Of a DNA stretch of 64,000 nucleotides, positions 1 through 10,001 are shown one piece after another. Positions within the stretch are counted from its first letter, which is position 1, and each line of letters starts with the position of its first letter. Under the pieces are notes generated by a model that searched no databases, was not told where the DNA came from, and saw only the letters and a program-made list of their open reading frames with translations. The position numbers and the translations under genes are program-made. This stretch comes from a virus. The stretch spans positions 30,082 through 94,081 of IMG/VR virus record IMGVR_UViG_3300010389_000004. One strand, written 5' to 3'.

Positions 1-3000
1 AGGGAAACCCCTCATACCCATAGAGGCAAACGCTGTAATAAGCCCTGCGGGGCTTTTCTCACCGATCTGCTTGAGGCGTTCGACGGTCTCCTTCTCATTG
101 ACGCGAGCCTCATTACCACTCATGCGGATAAACAACTTATCCAGCCCAGCGGCCATCTCCATAACGGCTTGAACGAGACTCTTGATGTCTGCGTCGTCAG
201 CGTTGGCGTCCGTCAATAGCTCCTTCAAAACCTGGAGAACGTCCGAACTGCCGGAGAAGCCTTGGTGTGTTGAGTAAATCTTCTCCAAAGCCCTGTGTTT
301 GGCGGTGTCAGAGCTAACATCCGCTTTGAGAGTGCCCTCCGCGAAGTCTTCGTCTTTGGTGATCTTGCCGAGTCGTGCAATCTGCTTGAGGGTGGTGAAC
401 GAATTGCCTACCGCCAACCTACCGTCAGTGCTTTGCTTCGCCTTCTCTGCTTTCGCTGCTTCTTCGGCCTTCTTCACGGAGCCGGAGAAATCGTCAAGCT
501 CCAGCTTGGCGTAGGTTACGGACTCACCCATCTTGCGGAGGTGTTGCGCCAAGAAGTCCATCTTGGTATTCACACCCTCTTGCACGTCACGGTTGGCGAC
601 GAGTGTTTCGGTAGATAACCCGAGCTTGGCGGTAAACTTCTCCAGAGCCGCTACAGTTTTCTGTGCGTCCTCAGCGCTCATCCCGAGCATCTGCTCCAGC
701 AGGTTTTTGGCAGACTCGCCACCAGCCTTTGCGTTACGAGCCAGCGCCGTGAGTTCTGCTTTCTTGGCTTCAGCCTCAGCGAGCTTCTTGGCAGTCTCGC
801 TATCCGCGAACGCCAAGTCAGCTTCGCCGGGCATAGCCTTTTGGAGCGCTACGATGAGCGCGTCGATGCGGCTGTCGAAGTTCTGGTTGCTGAGGTTCTG
901 CCCCATGTTGCGGAGCCTGTCGGAGTGCTCCGTCGGAGACATCTTGGTTCTGTTCTCCTTGATGTCCCTGTAATCATTGAACGCCGCGTAGATCTCTTTA
1001 TTCAGAGCCTTCGCGTTCTCCGAGACCTTCTTCAGTTCTTCGCGGGCAGAGTCACTGAGTCCGTTGTCTACGTCGTCAGCCGCTTTGTCCAAAACCTTGA
1101 CGAAAGCCATAGCCTTGTCGGACATGTCGGTGATTACGCGCATGTAATCACCAAGCTCAGCAACCACCTTCGTGGCTTGCTCAAAGTGGTGATCACTGAA
1201 CTCATTCAAGGTCTTCTCAGCGTCTGCCAGTGCCCTCTCGTACTTTGAAGCGTTTTGCAGCGAAGCATCCAACTGGTTGTTGGCCAACCACTCTCGCTCC
1301 GCACGGGCGATCTCCACCTTCTTACGTCGATCGAACAGCGCCTTGTCCGCTTCGGCCTGGGTCTTCTCTTGCGCGAGCTGGGCGGCGAGCTGGTCAGACA
1401 TCTTCTCTTCGGCGTCCAAGCGGGCGTTGTAGGCATCAGCCGCCCGCTTACTTGCTTCCGGTGCAGCCTTCTGTTGGAAGGCTTTACGTTCTTTTCGCGT
1501 GATAGACTCGGGCTTGCCTTTCTTACGAAGCTTCTTCTCCTCTTCCAGTGCTTGGGTGAGTTCCCCCTCCACTTTTTTGAGTTCCCCAGAGCCAGAGGTC
1601 TGCTTTTGCAAAGCCTCTTCATACTCGTTGTACACGGCGCCCAAGTGTACCTGCGCGGCCTCCAACGCCCTCAACCGTTGGGTGAAGGTCTGGTACTTCT
1701 CACGATGGTTGCTGAGAACAGCAAACTGCTTGGCGTATTCCCCCGCAAGCTTCTCTGCCCACTCCTTCAACGGGGCAATCTGGGTCTCTTTGACACTGAC
1801 CTCTTGCCCTTCCTCGCCGTAGGGGTTGTACTTATTGAAAGCGCCTTTCGTGGTAACACCGCTGAGCTTCGAGTACCGAGTCGGGTCGATTGACTTGAGC
1901 AATGAGATGAATTCAGAAACCACACTCTTTCGAGTACCAGCACCTTCCTCACCGGTAAACTCTGAGATGGCCTCTGCCGCAGTCTTCAACAGTGAGGCGG
2001 ACTCTTTCAATCGGAGGTAGGCTTCTTCACTGGCACCCACATAGTTATCGCCGTCTTGAACATCCATCAGCAACTGGTTCATGCTTTGGATCTCTTTGGA
2101 GGTCCTCATCTCCAATCTGCGGATCGCGTTTTGCTTACCCTCCAGGTCGCCCTTACCTTTGTCAGAAGCTTCGAATTTATTTAGATCTTTGCCGAGCACA
2201 CGGTAAAACTTCCGAACGATCTCCACCTGCTCGTTGGCGAGGGTGACTTGCTCCGCTTCGAGCATCTTGCGACGACGGCGGATTTCACGGATTTCCTGCT
2301 GCTTGTTCTTGACGTCCTGCCTTCTCGCGTCGTCATCCTTCTTAGCCTTCTCAGCACGACTGGCCTTCTCTGCCTCAACCTGCTCTTTGGTCATCTGCTT
2401 GAGAATTCGACGCTCATCCCTCTTCTTCTCCTTGGAGAGATTCTTAGCGGACTCCGCCAGTTTCTCATGGTGCTCCTTCAGGGCACGCTCTGCGGTCTCC
2501 AACTCGTGCTTCTTCAGCTCCTCTTCTTTCTTGTACTTCTGGCGGAGAAGGGCTCGCTCTTCCTGGAATTTCTTGATGCGACGCGCTTTATCAACCTCCG
2601 CTTCCGAAGGCCCGCCACCCGCACCCCCCGTGAGGAACTTTTGAATAGCTGAGACCGCTCGGGTAACACCACCAAAACCAGAGCGCAGTTTTTGAACTTG
2701 CTCATCAAGCTTCTCAAACGCCCCACCTAACGGAGTGAGCGTACTGTCCTGCATCTTCTTGATAACCGCCGTGTATTTGTCCACACGAGCAGAGGCGAGC
2801 TTCAGAGCAACATTCAGCTTGTCCAGCGCGTCATTGCCGGCTTTTGAAGCTTCGAGCTGTTCCTTCTCCGCCTTTTCACGCTCTTCGGCGTTCTTGCCTT
2901 GGGCTTTCCCAAAACCTCCGGGAGAAAGGAACCGGAACCCTTTTCGGACCTTATCCAGAATGAAATCGGATACAGCTTTGGCACCGCCCGCCGCTTTCTC

Positions 3001-5601
3001 GCCGGTACTGTCGATGCTCTCTCCGTCATACCCTTTGAGGGATTTTCCTTTTTCCTTCGACCAACGACCCAAGCGGCCGGGGAGCAATGCACCACCTACC
3101 TGCGCGAGCCCCTTCGCCAGACCCTTGGTGCTCTCACGGACACTACCAAAAATCTTGCCCACCTTATTGGCGAGCCCTTGCCCGAGCTTGCCCAGAATCA
3201 TCAGGGAAGTCTCAGTGACTGCCGAGAGGGGTGCGAGAGCGCCGCGGTAGAAGAACTTCACCATCCCGCCCAACGTTTGGAAATACCCACGCACGGCGGT
3301 CTTCATCAGGTTGATGGACGCTTTTGCACTGAAGGGTGAAACCAGGATTGCTCCAACGGTGTTCATCACCGATCGGATAGGCCCAACCACAAACCCTTGC
3401 ATAGCATCGTCGAGGAGCATTCCGAATTCTCGGAAAGAGGTGAGTACGTTTTTGAACTTATCAACGAACTCAGAACCGGCGAGCTTCGCTACCCCGTCCA
3501 TGAACTTGGCAGTGTATTTTCGGATGCGTCGTGCTGCGCCGAGGTAGACGTTCTCAAACAGACTGGCAAACACATCCACCATGTCGGTGAGTTTGGCGTT
3601 TGCTTGGCGCTTGAGCCTTGTCGCCAACCAAGCGAAGAAGGCAACCTCTTTCTTCAAAGCCTTCCACCGCATCTGCATCTGTTCGTAGATGCCGGCAGCC
3701 AAACCAGTTGCGAGGTTCCTTGCACCTTTGATGACAAACGGTGCGGCGACGACACCAGCAATACCGATCGCCGAAGCCCCGCCCGTCCCAAAGATAGACG
3801 CCAGCAGCCCGCCATTAGCAAACGAGTTGCCGGCTGCCAACCCACCGGAGAACGCGGCCGCGATCGCAGACACCGCTCCCGTAATCCCACTGGTGATGGT
3901 TCCGTCGATAATGGAACGGAAGATCATGACGATGGGTGAGTTGTATATGACGGCACCCATCATGTCGAACCCAGACACCACAAACCCAGGCATTGTGGTC
4001 AAGAAGAAGGTCTTGATAGCACCCACCGCGGCAGCCGGTGCTTGTCCCGAAAACAACAGCGCTCCAAGAACACCGCCCGTGATAGGTGCGGCGGGGCCGA
4101 TAACCATCGACATGGTTTTGTAGATGGTCTCAGCGATCGAGCCCATCGACTTCTTGAACTCTCCTGATGACTCCTGCAACCGCTTAGCCGGCTGCGTCGT
4201 CAGGGACATGATGGACTTCATGCGGGCGTTGACTGTGCGCTTCTCTTCCTCGTAGCGCTCCCGCGTCGTTTTCACATTCTCTTCTTCAGTTTCACGCTGC
4301 TCTCTCAGCACAGCCGCCATTTTGGTGCCGCTGCTGATATTCTTCTGCGTGCCGCGGTCAACCAGCTTGAGGTTGCTAGCCATCTCAACCAGGCCAGCCA
4401 CGAGCGATTTGAGTATGCCCTCCAGTTTGACACCCAGGGCGAAGATACCCTGCACCGACTTGTCGAGGTTCTCCAACGAGGTCATGGCGGATTTCAGGCG
4501 AGCGCCCATACCCGCCGAGCCGCGAATCATCTTGGCGATCTCTTTGCCTCTTGTAGCGAGGGCTTCGAGAATCGGCCACATCTGACGCAGAGACTGGAGG
4601 AAGAGCATCGTAGCCGCACGGCCGTCGCCAGCTTGCGCACGGATACGCACGATCGACCTGCGGAGCACGGTGAACAGCGCCTGAATCCCGATGAGACCAG
4701 TCGAGATAAACGACAACATCGGGAACACGAGGCTCCCCAACCCTGTGATAGAGCCGGTCAGTAAGCCTACCCCCGAAACCACCGTCGAGAGGATTGACGC
4801 AGCGTAGTAGAGCTTGGAGATCACAACGTCAGACGTCAAGTTGATCTGCACAAGACCTTTGTTGATGGCCATTACCAGATCTCGAATCTGGCTGACCAGA
4901 CCTCCGATATTACGCTTGAACACAAGCCCGATAATCCCACCAAGGGAGAAGCGCATAGCCCCGAAGATACCGGAGGCTAGTGTGAGCCCCCCGAGCATTG
5001 ATGTCAGCCCGTTGGAGAGCTTGTTCATCATCTCTACGGTGCCGCTCACCTTGTCGGTGATCCCGACGATGTTCTTCCACAAGGCTAAGGTGCCGCCTAG
5101 CAGACCCCCGCCGAGGGCTTTCATAATACCCCCTATGGAGTATTGAATTTCCTCGGTGTGTTCGGAGATATGCCGCACCGTCTCCTGGATGATAAACCCG
5201 AGCCCGAGGATCTTACCCAAGGACGCCGGAGTAAATCGGTCGAGGAAGTCCCCGACCTTCCCGAAGACACGTTCCATACGGCTTTCGGTCTGCGCTGCGC
5301 CATTCTCAAGGTCACGAGCCAACCCTTGCTGGAACTGCTTGCGGACGTTCCCCATCCGCGCATCCAAACTGTCAAAGATGGTTTCAATTACGAAACCTGC
5401 TTTTTTGAATTGGGTGGTGATCTCAGAGATATTGGCGGTCATTGACCGAATCGAGCGGTCAAGGCCGTCATCAAGCTCTACTTTGATGACGGCCTTTTTT
5501 GAGGCGAAGGCGGTGAGTTGTTTGCTGAGGGAGTCGAGCTTTTCGAACACGTTGCCCATGTTCGTCACAAAGTCGATCTGAACCTGTCCAACTGAACTCA
5601 T
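1..5601 (-). CDS. Tail tape measure protein (>1860 aa, runs off the left edge of the window)
   Basis: ATG at 5601 with AGGAG RBS (MSSVGQVQIDFVTN...). No ORF in this frame appears in the track, consistent with no stop before position 1. Ala/Lys/Glu-rich helical sequence with Gly-rich hydrophobic stretches, directly after the tail chaperones. Confidence 0.85.
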   Translation of the reverse strand, partial: MSSVGQVQIDFVTNMGNVFEKLDSLSKQLTAFASKKAVIKVELDDGLDRSIRSMTANISEITTQFKKAGFVIETIFDSLDARMGNVRKQFQQGLARDLENGAAQTESRMERVFGKVGDFLDRFTPASLGKILGLGFIIQETVRHISEHTEEIQYSIGGIMKALGGGLLGGTLALWKNIVGITDKVSGTVEMMNKLSNGLTSMLGGLTLASGIFGAMRFSLGGIIGLVFKRNIGGLVSQIRDLVMAINKGLVQINLTSDVVISKLYYAASILSTVVSGVGLLTGSITGLGSLVFPMLSFISTGLIGIQALFTVLRRSIVRIRAQAGDGRAATMLFLQSLRQMWPILEALATRGKEIAKMIRGSAGMGARLKSAMTSLENLDKSVQGIFALGVKLEGILKSLVAGLVEMASNLKLVDRGTQKNISSGTKMAAVLREQRETEEENVKTTRERYEEEKRTVNARMKSIMSLTTQPAKRLQESSGEFKKSMGSIAETIYKTMSMVIGPAAPITGGVLGALLFSGQAPAAAVGAIKTFFLTTMPGFVVSGFDMMGAVIYNSPIVMIFRSIIDGTITSGITGAVSAIAAAFSGGLAAGNSFANGGLLASIFGTGGASAIGIAGVVAAPFVIKGARNLATGLAAGIYEQMQMRWKALKKEVAFFAWLATRLKRQANAKLTDMVDVFASLFENVYLGAARRIRKYTAKFMDGVAKLAGSEFVDKFKNVLTSFREFGMLLDDAMQGFVVGPIRSVMNTVGAILVSPFSAKASINLMKTAVRGYFQTLGGMVKFFYRGALAPLSAVTETSLMILGKLGQGLANKVGKIFGSVRESTKGLAKGLAQVGGALLPGRLGRWSKEKGKSLKGYDGESIDSTGEKAAGGAKAVSDFILDKVRKGFRFLSPGGFGKAQGKNAEEREKAEKEQLEASKAGNDALDKLNVALKLASARVDKYTAVIKKMQDSTLTPLGGAFEKLDEQVQKLRSGFGGVTRAVSAIQKFLTGGAGGGPSEAEVDKARRIKKFQEERALLRQKYKKEEELKKHELETAERALKEHHEKLAESAKNLSKEKKRDERRILKQMTKEQVEAEKASRAEKAKKDDDARRQDVKNKQQEIREIRRRRKMLEAEQVTLANEQVEIVRKFYRVLGKDLNKFEASDKGKGDLEGKQNAIRRLEMRTSKEIQSMNQLLMDVQDGDNYVGASEEAYLRLKESASLLKTAAEAISEFTGEEGAGTRKSVVSEFISLLKSIDPTRYSKLSGVTTKGAFNKYNPYGEEGQEVSVKETQIAPLKEWAEKLAGEYAKQFAVLSNHREKYQTFTQRLRALEAAQVHLGAVYNEYEEALQKQTSGSGELKKVEGELTQALEEEKKLRKKGKPESITRKERKAFQQKAAPEASKRAADAYNARLDAEEKMSDQLAAQLAQEKTQAEADKALFDRRKKVEIARAEREWLANNQLDASLQNASKYERALADAEKTLNEFSDHHFEQATKVVAELGDYMRVITDMSDKAMAFVKVLDKAADDVDNGLSDSAREELKKVSENAKALNKEIYAAFNDYRDIKENRTKMSPTEHSDRLRNMGQNLSNQNFDSRIDALIVALQKAMPGEADLAFADSETAKKLAEAEAKKAELTALARNAKAGGESAKNLLEQMLGMSAEDAQKTVAALEKFTAKLGLSTETLVANRDVQEGVNTKMDFLAQHLRKMGESVTYAKLELDDFSGSVKKAEEAAKAEKAKQSTDGRLAVGNSFTTLKQIARLGKITKDEDFAEGTLKADVSSDTAKHRALEKIYSTHQGFSGSSDVLQVLKELLTDANADDADIKSLVQAVMEMAAGLDKLFIRMSGNEARVNEKETVERLKQIGEKSPAGLITAFASMGMRGFP

Positions 5602-5615
5602 GCTGTTGACTCCTG

Positions 5616-6089
5616 TCAGGAGGACACCAGGCCCTCCCAATTCTTCTCAATTCGCGCAATCTCCTGCTCAGATAGCTCGGTTGCGCTACGTTCCGCTTCT
5701 TCCCAGGTCTTCCCGCTGACATCCCCGACAGACCAGGGCGAGTCAATCTTCCGACCCGTGAACTTCGCCATCGCTGCATCCAATTTACGCGCCATCTGCA
5801 ACACCTTGACCTGCTTAGCCCGCAGCTTGTCTTCCTCAGCCTGCTGCTTGCGCTCAACGGGACTGGGGTTTTTGCTGGAGAAGAGAAATTCCAGCTCCCG
5901 GTCCATGTCGCTGATGCTGTTGTCCAACGATTCGTTGAACTCCTTGGCGTGTTTGGCGGCCTCTTTGCTTAGAAGTCCTGCCAACGACAAAGAGAGAGCG
6001 CCTTGTAGTCGACGTCCCTCTTCCAGTTTGGATTTTATGCAGAGCATGATGTGAGCTTTGAACTGCCCGAGGGTCATGCTCTCCCGCAT
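5616..6089 (-). CDS. Tail assembly chaperone, C-terminal (T) part of the G-T frameshift product
   Basis: Lies between chaperone G and the tape measure gene. Its frame stays open upstream to the GGGAAAA slippery site at 6296. Confidence 0.75.
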   Translation of the reverse strand: MRESMTLGQFKAHIMLCIKSKLEEGRRLQGALSLSLAGLLSKEAAKHAKEFNESLDNSISDMDRELEFLFSSKNPSPVERKQQAEEDKLRAKQVKVLQMARKLDAAMAKFTGRKIDSPWSVGDVSGKTWEEAERSATELSEQEIARIEKNWEGLVSS

Positions 6090-6091
6090 TT

Positions 6092-6122
6092 CTGCTAGTC
6101 CGAAACCGTTTCGGACTAGCAG
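6092..6122. other. Perfect 14-bp stem-loop between the G stop and the T ATG
   Basis: CTGCTAGTCCGAAA-ccg-TTTCGGACTAGCAG. Confidence 0.7.
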
Positions 6123-6142
6123 GTTCTCTCCCGTCAGAACGC

Positions 6143-6766
6143 TTAGCTCTGATCCGAATCCGTCTTCTTCTTCGCCTTCTTCGGAACTTCCTTGCCCTTC
6201 TCCGCGTCCATCGGCTCGTTCGTCGGCAGCGCCTCCTCGTCCGTCGTCTCCTCGCTCTTCTTCTTCTTCGGAAGCGCCTGAGCGAAAAGTTTTCCCAGGC
6301 TGCCAGACCCCTTGAAGTTGACTTCGTAGACAGCCTTGGCGAGTCCCACAACGTCGTCGATCAAGAGATCGGAACTGTCCGAAGTAAACGCCTTCTCATC
6401 GAGCACAACGTACTCGCCAGCGTCAGTCACCGTGGCCAGAACCAGCGCTCGCGTGAACGCAGATTCTTCCTCGCTGATGAGATCCAGAACGACTTCCGCG
6501 AGGTTGATCGGGTCAAGACCCTCAGACCCCTCGCTGAACTGCTGGAGGACGCCCTGCTCCTTCAGGCGCCCAAGGATCTTCTTGAGATCCTTCGCCACGT
6601 TCATGGCAGTACGATAAGTGTACTCCTGCACCATGACCGAGCGATCGCCGGAAAGTTTGACGACCTGGTTGTTTGCTCCTGCAATCTTGCGCATGAATTT
6701 GCTCCCTACGACCTTCAGATAAAAGTGCGCCCTGCTCAGGGCCACCAGAAGTGAAACCCAAACCAT
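6143..6766 (-). CDS. Tail assembly chaperone (G); alternative start at 6694
   Basis: Follows the tail tube gene, contains an in-frame G-GGA-AAA, and both candidate starts have an RBS. Confidence 0.75.
   Translation of the reverse strand: MVWVSLLVALSRAHFYLKVVGSKFMRKIAGANNQVVKLSGDRSVMVQEYTYRTAMNVAKDLKKILGRLKEQGVLQQFSEGSEGLDPINLAEVVLDLISEEESAFTRALVLATVTDAGEYVVLDEKAFTSDSSDLLIDDVVGLAKAVYEVNFKGSGSLGKLFAQALPKKKKSEETTDEEALPTNEPMDAEKGKEVPKKAKKKTDSDQS
6290..6296 (-). other. -1 programmed ribosomal frameshift slippery site (G GGA AAA)
   Basis: X-XXY-YYZ heptamer in frame (Leu-Gly-Lys). The -1 frame reads GKTFRSGASEEEEE...GLAEMRES into ORF 5616-6089 with no stop. Confidence 0.8.
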
Positions 6767-6797
6767 AGAGTTCTCCTCACAGGGCTGCGCTTATACT

Positions 6798-6830
6798 AGA
6801 AAAGGCTCCCCAATCTGGGGAGCCTTTTCT
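6798..6830 (-). terminator. Intrinsic terminator after the tail tube gene
   Basis: AGAAAAGGCTCCCCA-atc-TGGGGAGCCTTTTCT; symmetrical A/T arms. Confidence 0.75.
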
Positions 6831-6854
6831 CATTACCGACTTCTAGTCCAAAGA

Positions 6855-8069
6855 CTAGATGCAGGCGCCTTGCGGATCCACAAAGGTACCGAAGTGACGC
6901 TTGAGCAGGTGGAACGTGCCCCGTCGACCAAGGCCGTCGGTGAGGATCTTGAAGGTCATCGCGGCCTTCGCAAACGAGGTAGGATCAGCGGTCAGAGCAC
7001 CGTTGATACCCGCGGAGGTGCGGTAGAACTGGTACGCGCACTGCGGGCCAGAAACACTGAGGATCTGGATTTGCAGAGCACCCTCGATCGTCGAACCGTC
7101 TTGCAGCGAGTACGAGCAGGCTTCCCGCTCGAAGCTGTAGTCAATTCGCACCGTCGAACCACTCGGGATCGCACCACCGGCGACGCGAGTGATGGTGGTT
7201 TGGGTAGTAGCCACCGCACCACTAAAGGTGTGAGAGGCACTCGCTGCCATGTCAGCAATCAGCTCAGTGCCGGTAACAGCCAGCGGTGCAGGATTGACAC
7301 CATCGCGGGTGCGGTAGGAGATGTCCAGATCAGCACCGGTCGATTCCGCGAAGAACGGGGAGTTCAGCTCGTTGATCGCAGCGGCGATCGACGCGGCAAG
7401 GTTCGTGGCGTTCGTGGCAGTGGCGCCGTCGTCGAACTCCGTACCGCAGGTCAACGTGTAGATCGTACCGTTCGGGTGAGTCAAGACAAGCGTCTGACCC
7501 GCCGTACAGGTAGCGCCCGCCACAGTGATTTGGGTGACGGCCGAACTCGTGCCCTCGTTCGCAGCAGTGACCGTGTAGTCCGTGGTGAGGTTGTATTCCA
7601 CGTCACCCGTTTCGTTTGTGACGCGGAGGACAGTTGCGCCACGATAGATGATCACACCGTCGAAGATACCCTCACGGGCTTGACTCGCAAAGTTCGTCGC
7701 CGTGGTGCCGGTGAGCGTGACGGTTGCGCCCTCATAGAGGACAACCATGTTGCTGTTACCAGCGGTACGGTTGGTGATGGTTTGCGAGCGGAACAGAAGC
7801 TCCAGGTTACGACGAACGATCTCAGTGAGACCAAGGCCGATTTCACCATTCAGCTTCGTCACCACACGGTGGACGGCGGACTGAATACCCTCGCGGGCAG
7901 AGTCCTTCTCCAAGTAGTCTTCACTGAGGTCGATCGAGAGGTCTTCGATATCACCCAGCTCAAACGGGTTCGTAGCGCCGTCGGGCGTGAACCAAGCGGA
8001 AATCCGCGAAGGCAACATGTAGTTGGTCTTCGAGTGCGGAGAATTCACAGTTTTGGATTGTGCAGGCAT
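6855..8069 (-). CDS. Major tail (tube) protein with inserted beta-rich domains
   Basis: Tube-like N-terminal half (FELGDIEDLSIDLSEDYLE...) and C-terminal half (EGALQIQ...), a Thr/Ala/Gly-rich insert, and synteny. Confidence 0.75.
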   Translation of the reverse strand: MPAQSKTVNSPHSKTNYMLPSRISAWFTPDGATNPFELGDIEDLSIDLSEDYLEKDSAREGIQSAVHRVVTKLNGEIGLGLTEIVRRNLELLFRSQTITNRTAGNSNMVVLYEGATVTLTGTTATNFASQAREGIFDGVIIYRGATVLRVTNETGDVEYNLTTDYTVTAANEGTSSAVTQITVAGATCTAGQTLVLTHPNGTIYTLTCGTEFDDGATATNATNLAASIAAAINELNSPFFAESTGADLDISYRTRDGVNPAPLAVTGTELIADMAASASHTFSGAVATTQTTITRVAGGAIPSGSTVRIDYSFEREACSYSLQDGSTIEGALQIQILSVSGPQCAYQFYRTSAGINGALTADPTSFAKAAMTFKILTDGLGRRGTFHLLKRHFGTFVDPQGACI

Positions 8070-8090
8070 GTCTGCTACTCCTTCATGTTT

Positions 8091-8708
8091 TCATGCGTTT
8101 CTGGTGTAAAGAACCGCAACTCTGAAAGAGAAGACTGCTCGACCATTTTCCTGGATTTGATCAAGCGAAGGCTCAGTCGATCGGGTGGCCCTATGCACTA
8201 CCACGTCCACAGAATTACTAACCACCGTCTCTTCTGCATCCTCGCTATGTCTGCCCAGGTTATCCCGGGTGATCATCCAGCTTTGGTTCTGGAACAGGCT
8301 CCATAAGCGTAGAGCTGCTGTCTTTGCGAGCTGGGGTGAAGTACCTGACACCGCAATTCGCACGGCTCCCTCCCGTTGAGGATCACTGTGGGAGCCGGAG
8401 AAGGAGTAACTGCTGCCGTCGTCGTAGACACCAACGATTACCCCATAGGTTTCATGCTGGTCGGCATTCACCTCGTCAGTCAAGATGGAAAACAGGTTTT
8501 TACCCAACTCCAAAGAAACGGGGGCGGAGAGGTTCTTGGATTTCGCACCCGGATCTCCAGGACGCTCGATCGGGAAGTAGAGCGCGTTGAGGAACAACGC
8601 CACGCAATCAGAGAGCAACTGCGTCGCCGGCGGCGTCTCGGGGATCACGCTATCCAGCGTAACCCGCAAGGCGTGTATCTGACCTTTGGTAAACCCAGAC
8701 TCTGCCAT
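8091..8708 (-). CDS. Putative tail terminator/completion protein
   Basis: Directly upstream of the tail tube gene. The ATG at 8708 is coupled (TAATG) to the upstream stop. Confidence 0.5.
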   Translation of the reverse strand: MAESGFTKGQIHALRVTLDSVIPETPPATQLLSDCVALFLNALYFPIERPGDPGAKSKNLSAPVSLELGKNLFSILTDEVNADQHETYGVIVGVYDDGSSYSFSGSHSDPQREGAVRIAVSGTSPQLAKTAALRLWSLFQNQSWMITRDNLGRHSEDAEETVVSNSVDVVVHRATRSTEPSLDQIQENGRAVFSFRVAVLYTRNA

Positions 8709-9151
8709 TACTTCCACCTGCTGTACAAGTCGGCGACGGGGCCGGCGTCGGATTCGTCAATATCTGACTGCGGGGCGTTGTCTGAAATGCGGTCGTTGGT
8801 GCGGTTTGCTTTTTGGCTAAGCTTCACCAAGGTGAACTCCTTGGTACTCGCTGCACCAAGGGCGGTCTCCTCAACCTTCTCGTCTTTCACCAGGTAGAAC
8901 TCAGTAGGGCGGTGATTGAAGACCAGCACATCCCCCACACGGACTCGATCTTTCAGCAACCTCGTGTGAAAGATCGCCAGAGCATCGCGCATGTAGTAGG
9001 TGTCCTTATCGGTGTACACCCTGCGGGAGGAATCCTCAAACCAGCAGGGGATACCCACTACAGCCTCTTCCTGCGTCTTCTCAAGATCAGCGAACTGAGA
9101 GGCCGCGACGGTCTTGGCAGGAATGATTCGACGTAGTGAATGGCGGTGCAT
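8708..9151 (-). CDS. Putative head closure / head-tail joining protein
   Basis: 147 aa with small beta-rich SPP1 gp16-like patterns (GIPCWF..., VRVGDVLVF); synteny. Confidence 0.5.
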   Translation of the reverse strand: MHRHSLRRIIPAKTVAASQFADLEKTQEEAVVGIPCWFEDSSRRVYTDKDTYYMRDALAIFHTRLLKDRVRVGDVLVFNHRPTEFYLVKDEKVEETALGAASTKEFTLVKLSQKANRTNDRISDNAPQSDIDESDAGPVADLYSRWK

Positions 9152-9153
9152 AG

Positions 9154-9999
9154 CTACTTCCCAACAATGATTTTACGGAGAGCGCTAACCCCTCCCAAAA
9201 CACCACCTGTGATTGCCGCAGCGACAGCAGCCGGCGCCGCCCCCATACCAATGAGGACAGGCGTGGCAACCAAGGCCATGATCTTCAGGTTGTCAACGAC
9301 GCCGGCAATCCTGATGGTGCCGTTGATTGAGATACGGATGTTCCTGCGAAGCCGGCCCAGGATTTTCAGGTTCTCGGAAACCTTGCGCTCCTGGGTTTGG
9401 AGATTCTGCATTGCTTCCCGCACTGCCTTTTTGCGCATGGCTATATCACGGGCTACCGCCTGCGCTAATTGCTCGATTTTCTGAGCGTAGTCCTCATCAG
9501 ACCCTTTGGTAATTGCGTCGTTGATGATGTCGTCAAGCTCAGAAGTCGCGTCATCCAGACCGTCGTCGAACTTCTTCAGCCCACGCTCCAGCTTGGAGAT
9601 GGTCGAATCGTACTTGCCGAGAACAGCCTCAATCTGCTTCGCGTGCTCGTCGACCACATCGAGCTTCCGTTGCTCAGCCATCGTCAGCTCGCGCTGCTTG
9701 TATGCCCCGCTGGGGTCAACTTCGCTGAGCTTCACAAGACGTCCGTCGTGCCGGACAGTGATTTCCCGCTCCAGCTTGTTCTTCTTGGCATTGCTCCCCT
9801 GGCGGCCTTTCAAGTCCTTTTGGATCTCGCGGTCAGTTGCGTAGAGGATGTCCACATAGTCCTCAACAGCGTCAACCATCTTGTCGCGGGAATCACGCAA
9901 ATCCTCATTGAGTTGCTTCACCATGTCAGCAACGTCAGTGACGGCCTGTGCTTGAGACTCCAGGTCATTCTGGATCTTCTTGATCCGCTCTTTGGACAT
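9154..9999 (-). CDS. Coiled-coil protein with a C-terminal Gly/Ala-rich hydrophobic segment
   Basis: Heptad-rich charged helices, then IMALVATPVLIGMGAAPAAVAAAITGGVLGGVSAL. Confidence 0.7.
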   Translation of the reverse strand: MSKERIKKIQNDLESQAQAVTDVADMVKQLNEDLRDSRDKMVDAVEDYVDILYATDREIQKDLKGRQGSNAKKNKLEREITVRHDGRLVKLSEVDPSGAYKQRELTMAEQRKLDVVDEHAKQIEAVLGKYDSTISKLERGLKKFDDGLDDATSELDDIINDAITKGSDEDYAQKIEQLAQAVARDIAMRKKAVREAMQNLQTQERKVSENLKILGRLRRNIRISINGTIRIAGVVDNLKIMALVATPVLIGMGAAPAAVAAAITGGVLGGVSALRKIIVGK

Positions 10000-10001
10000 G
10001 A

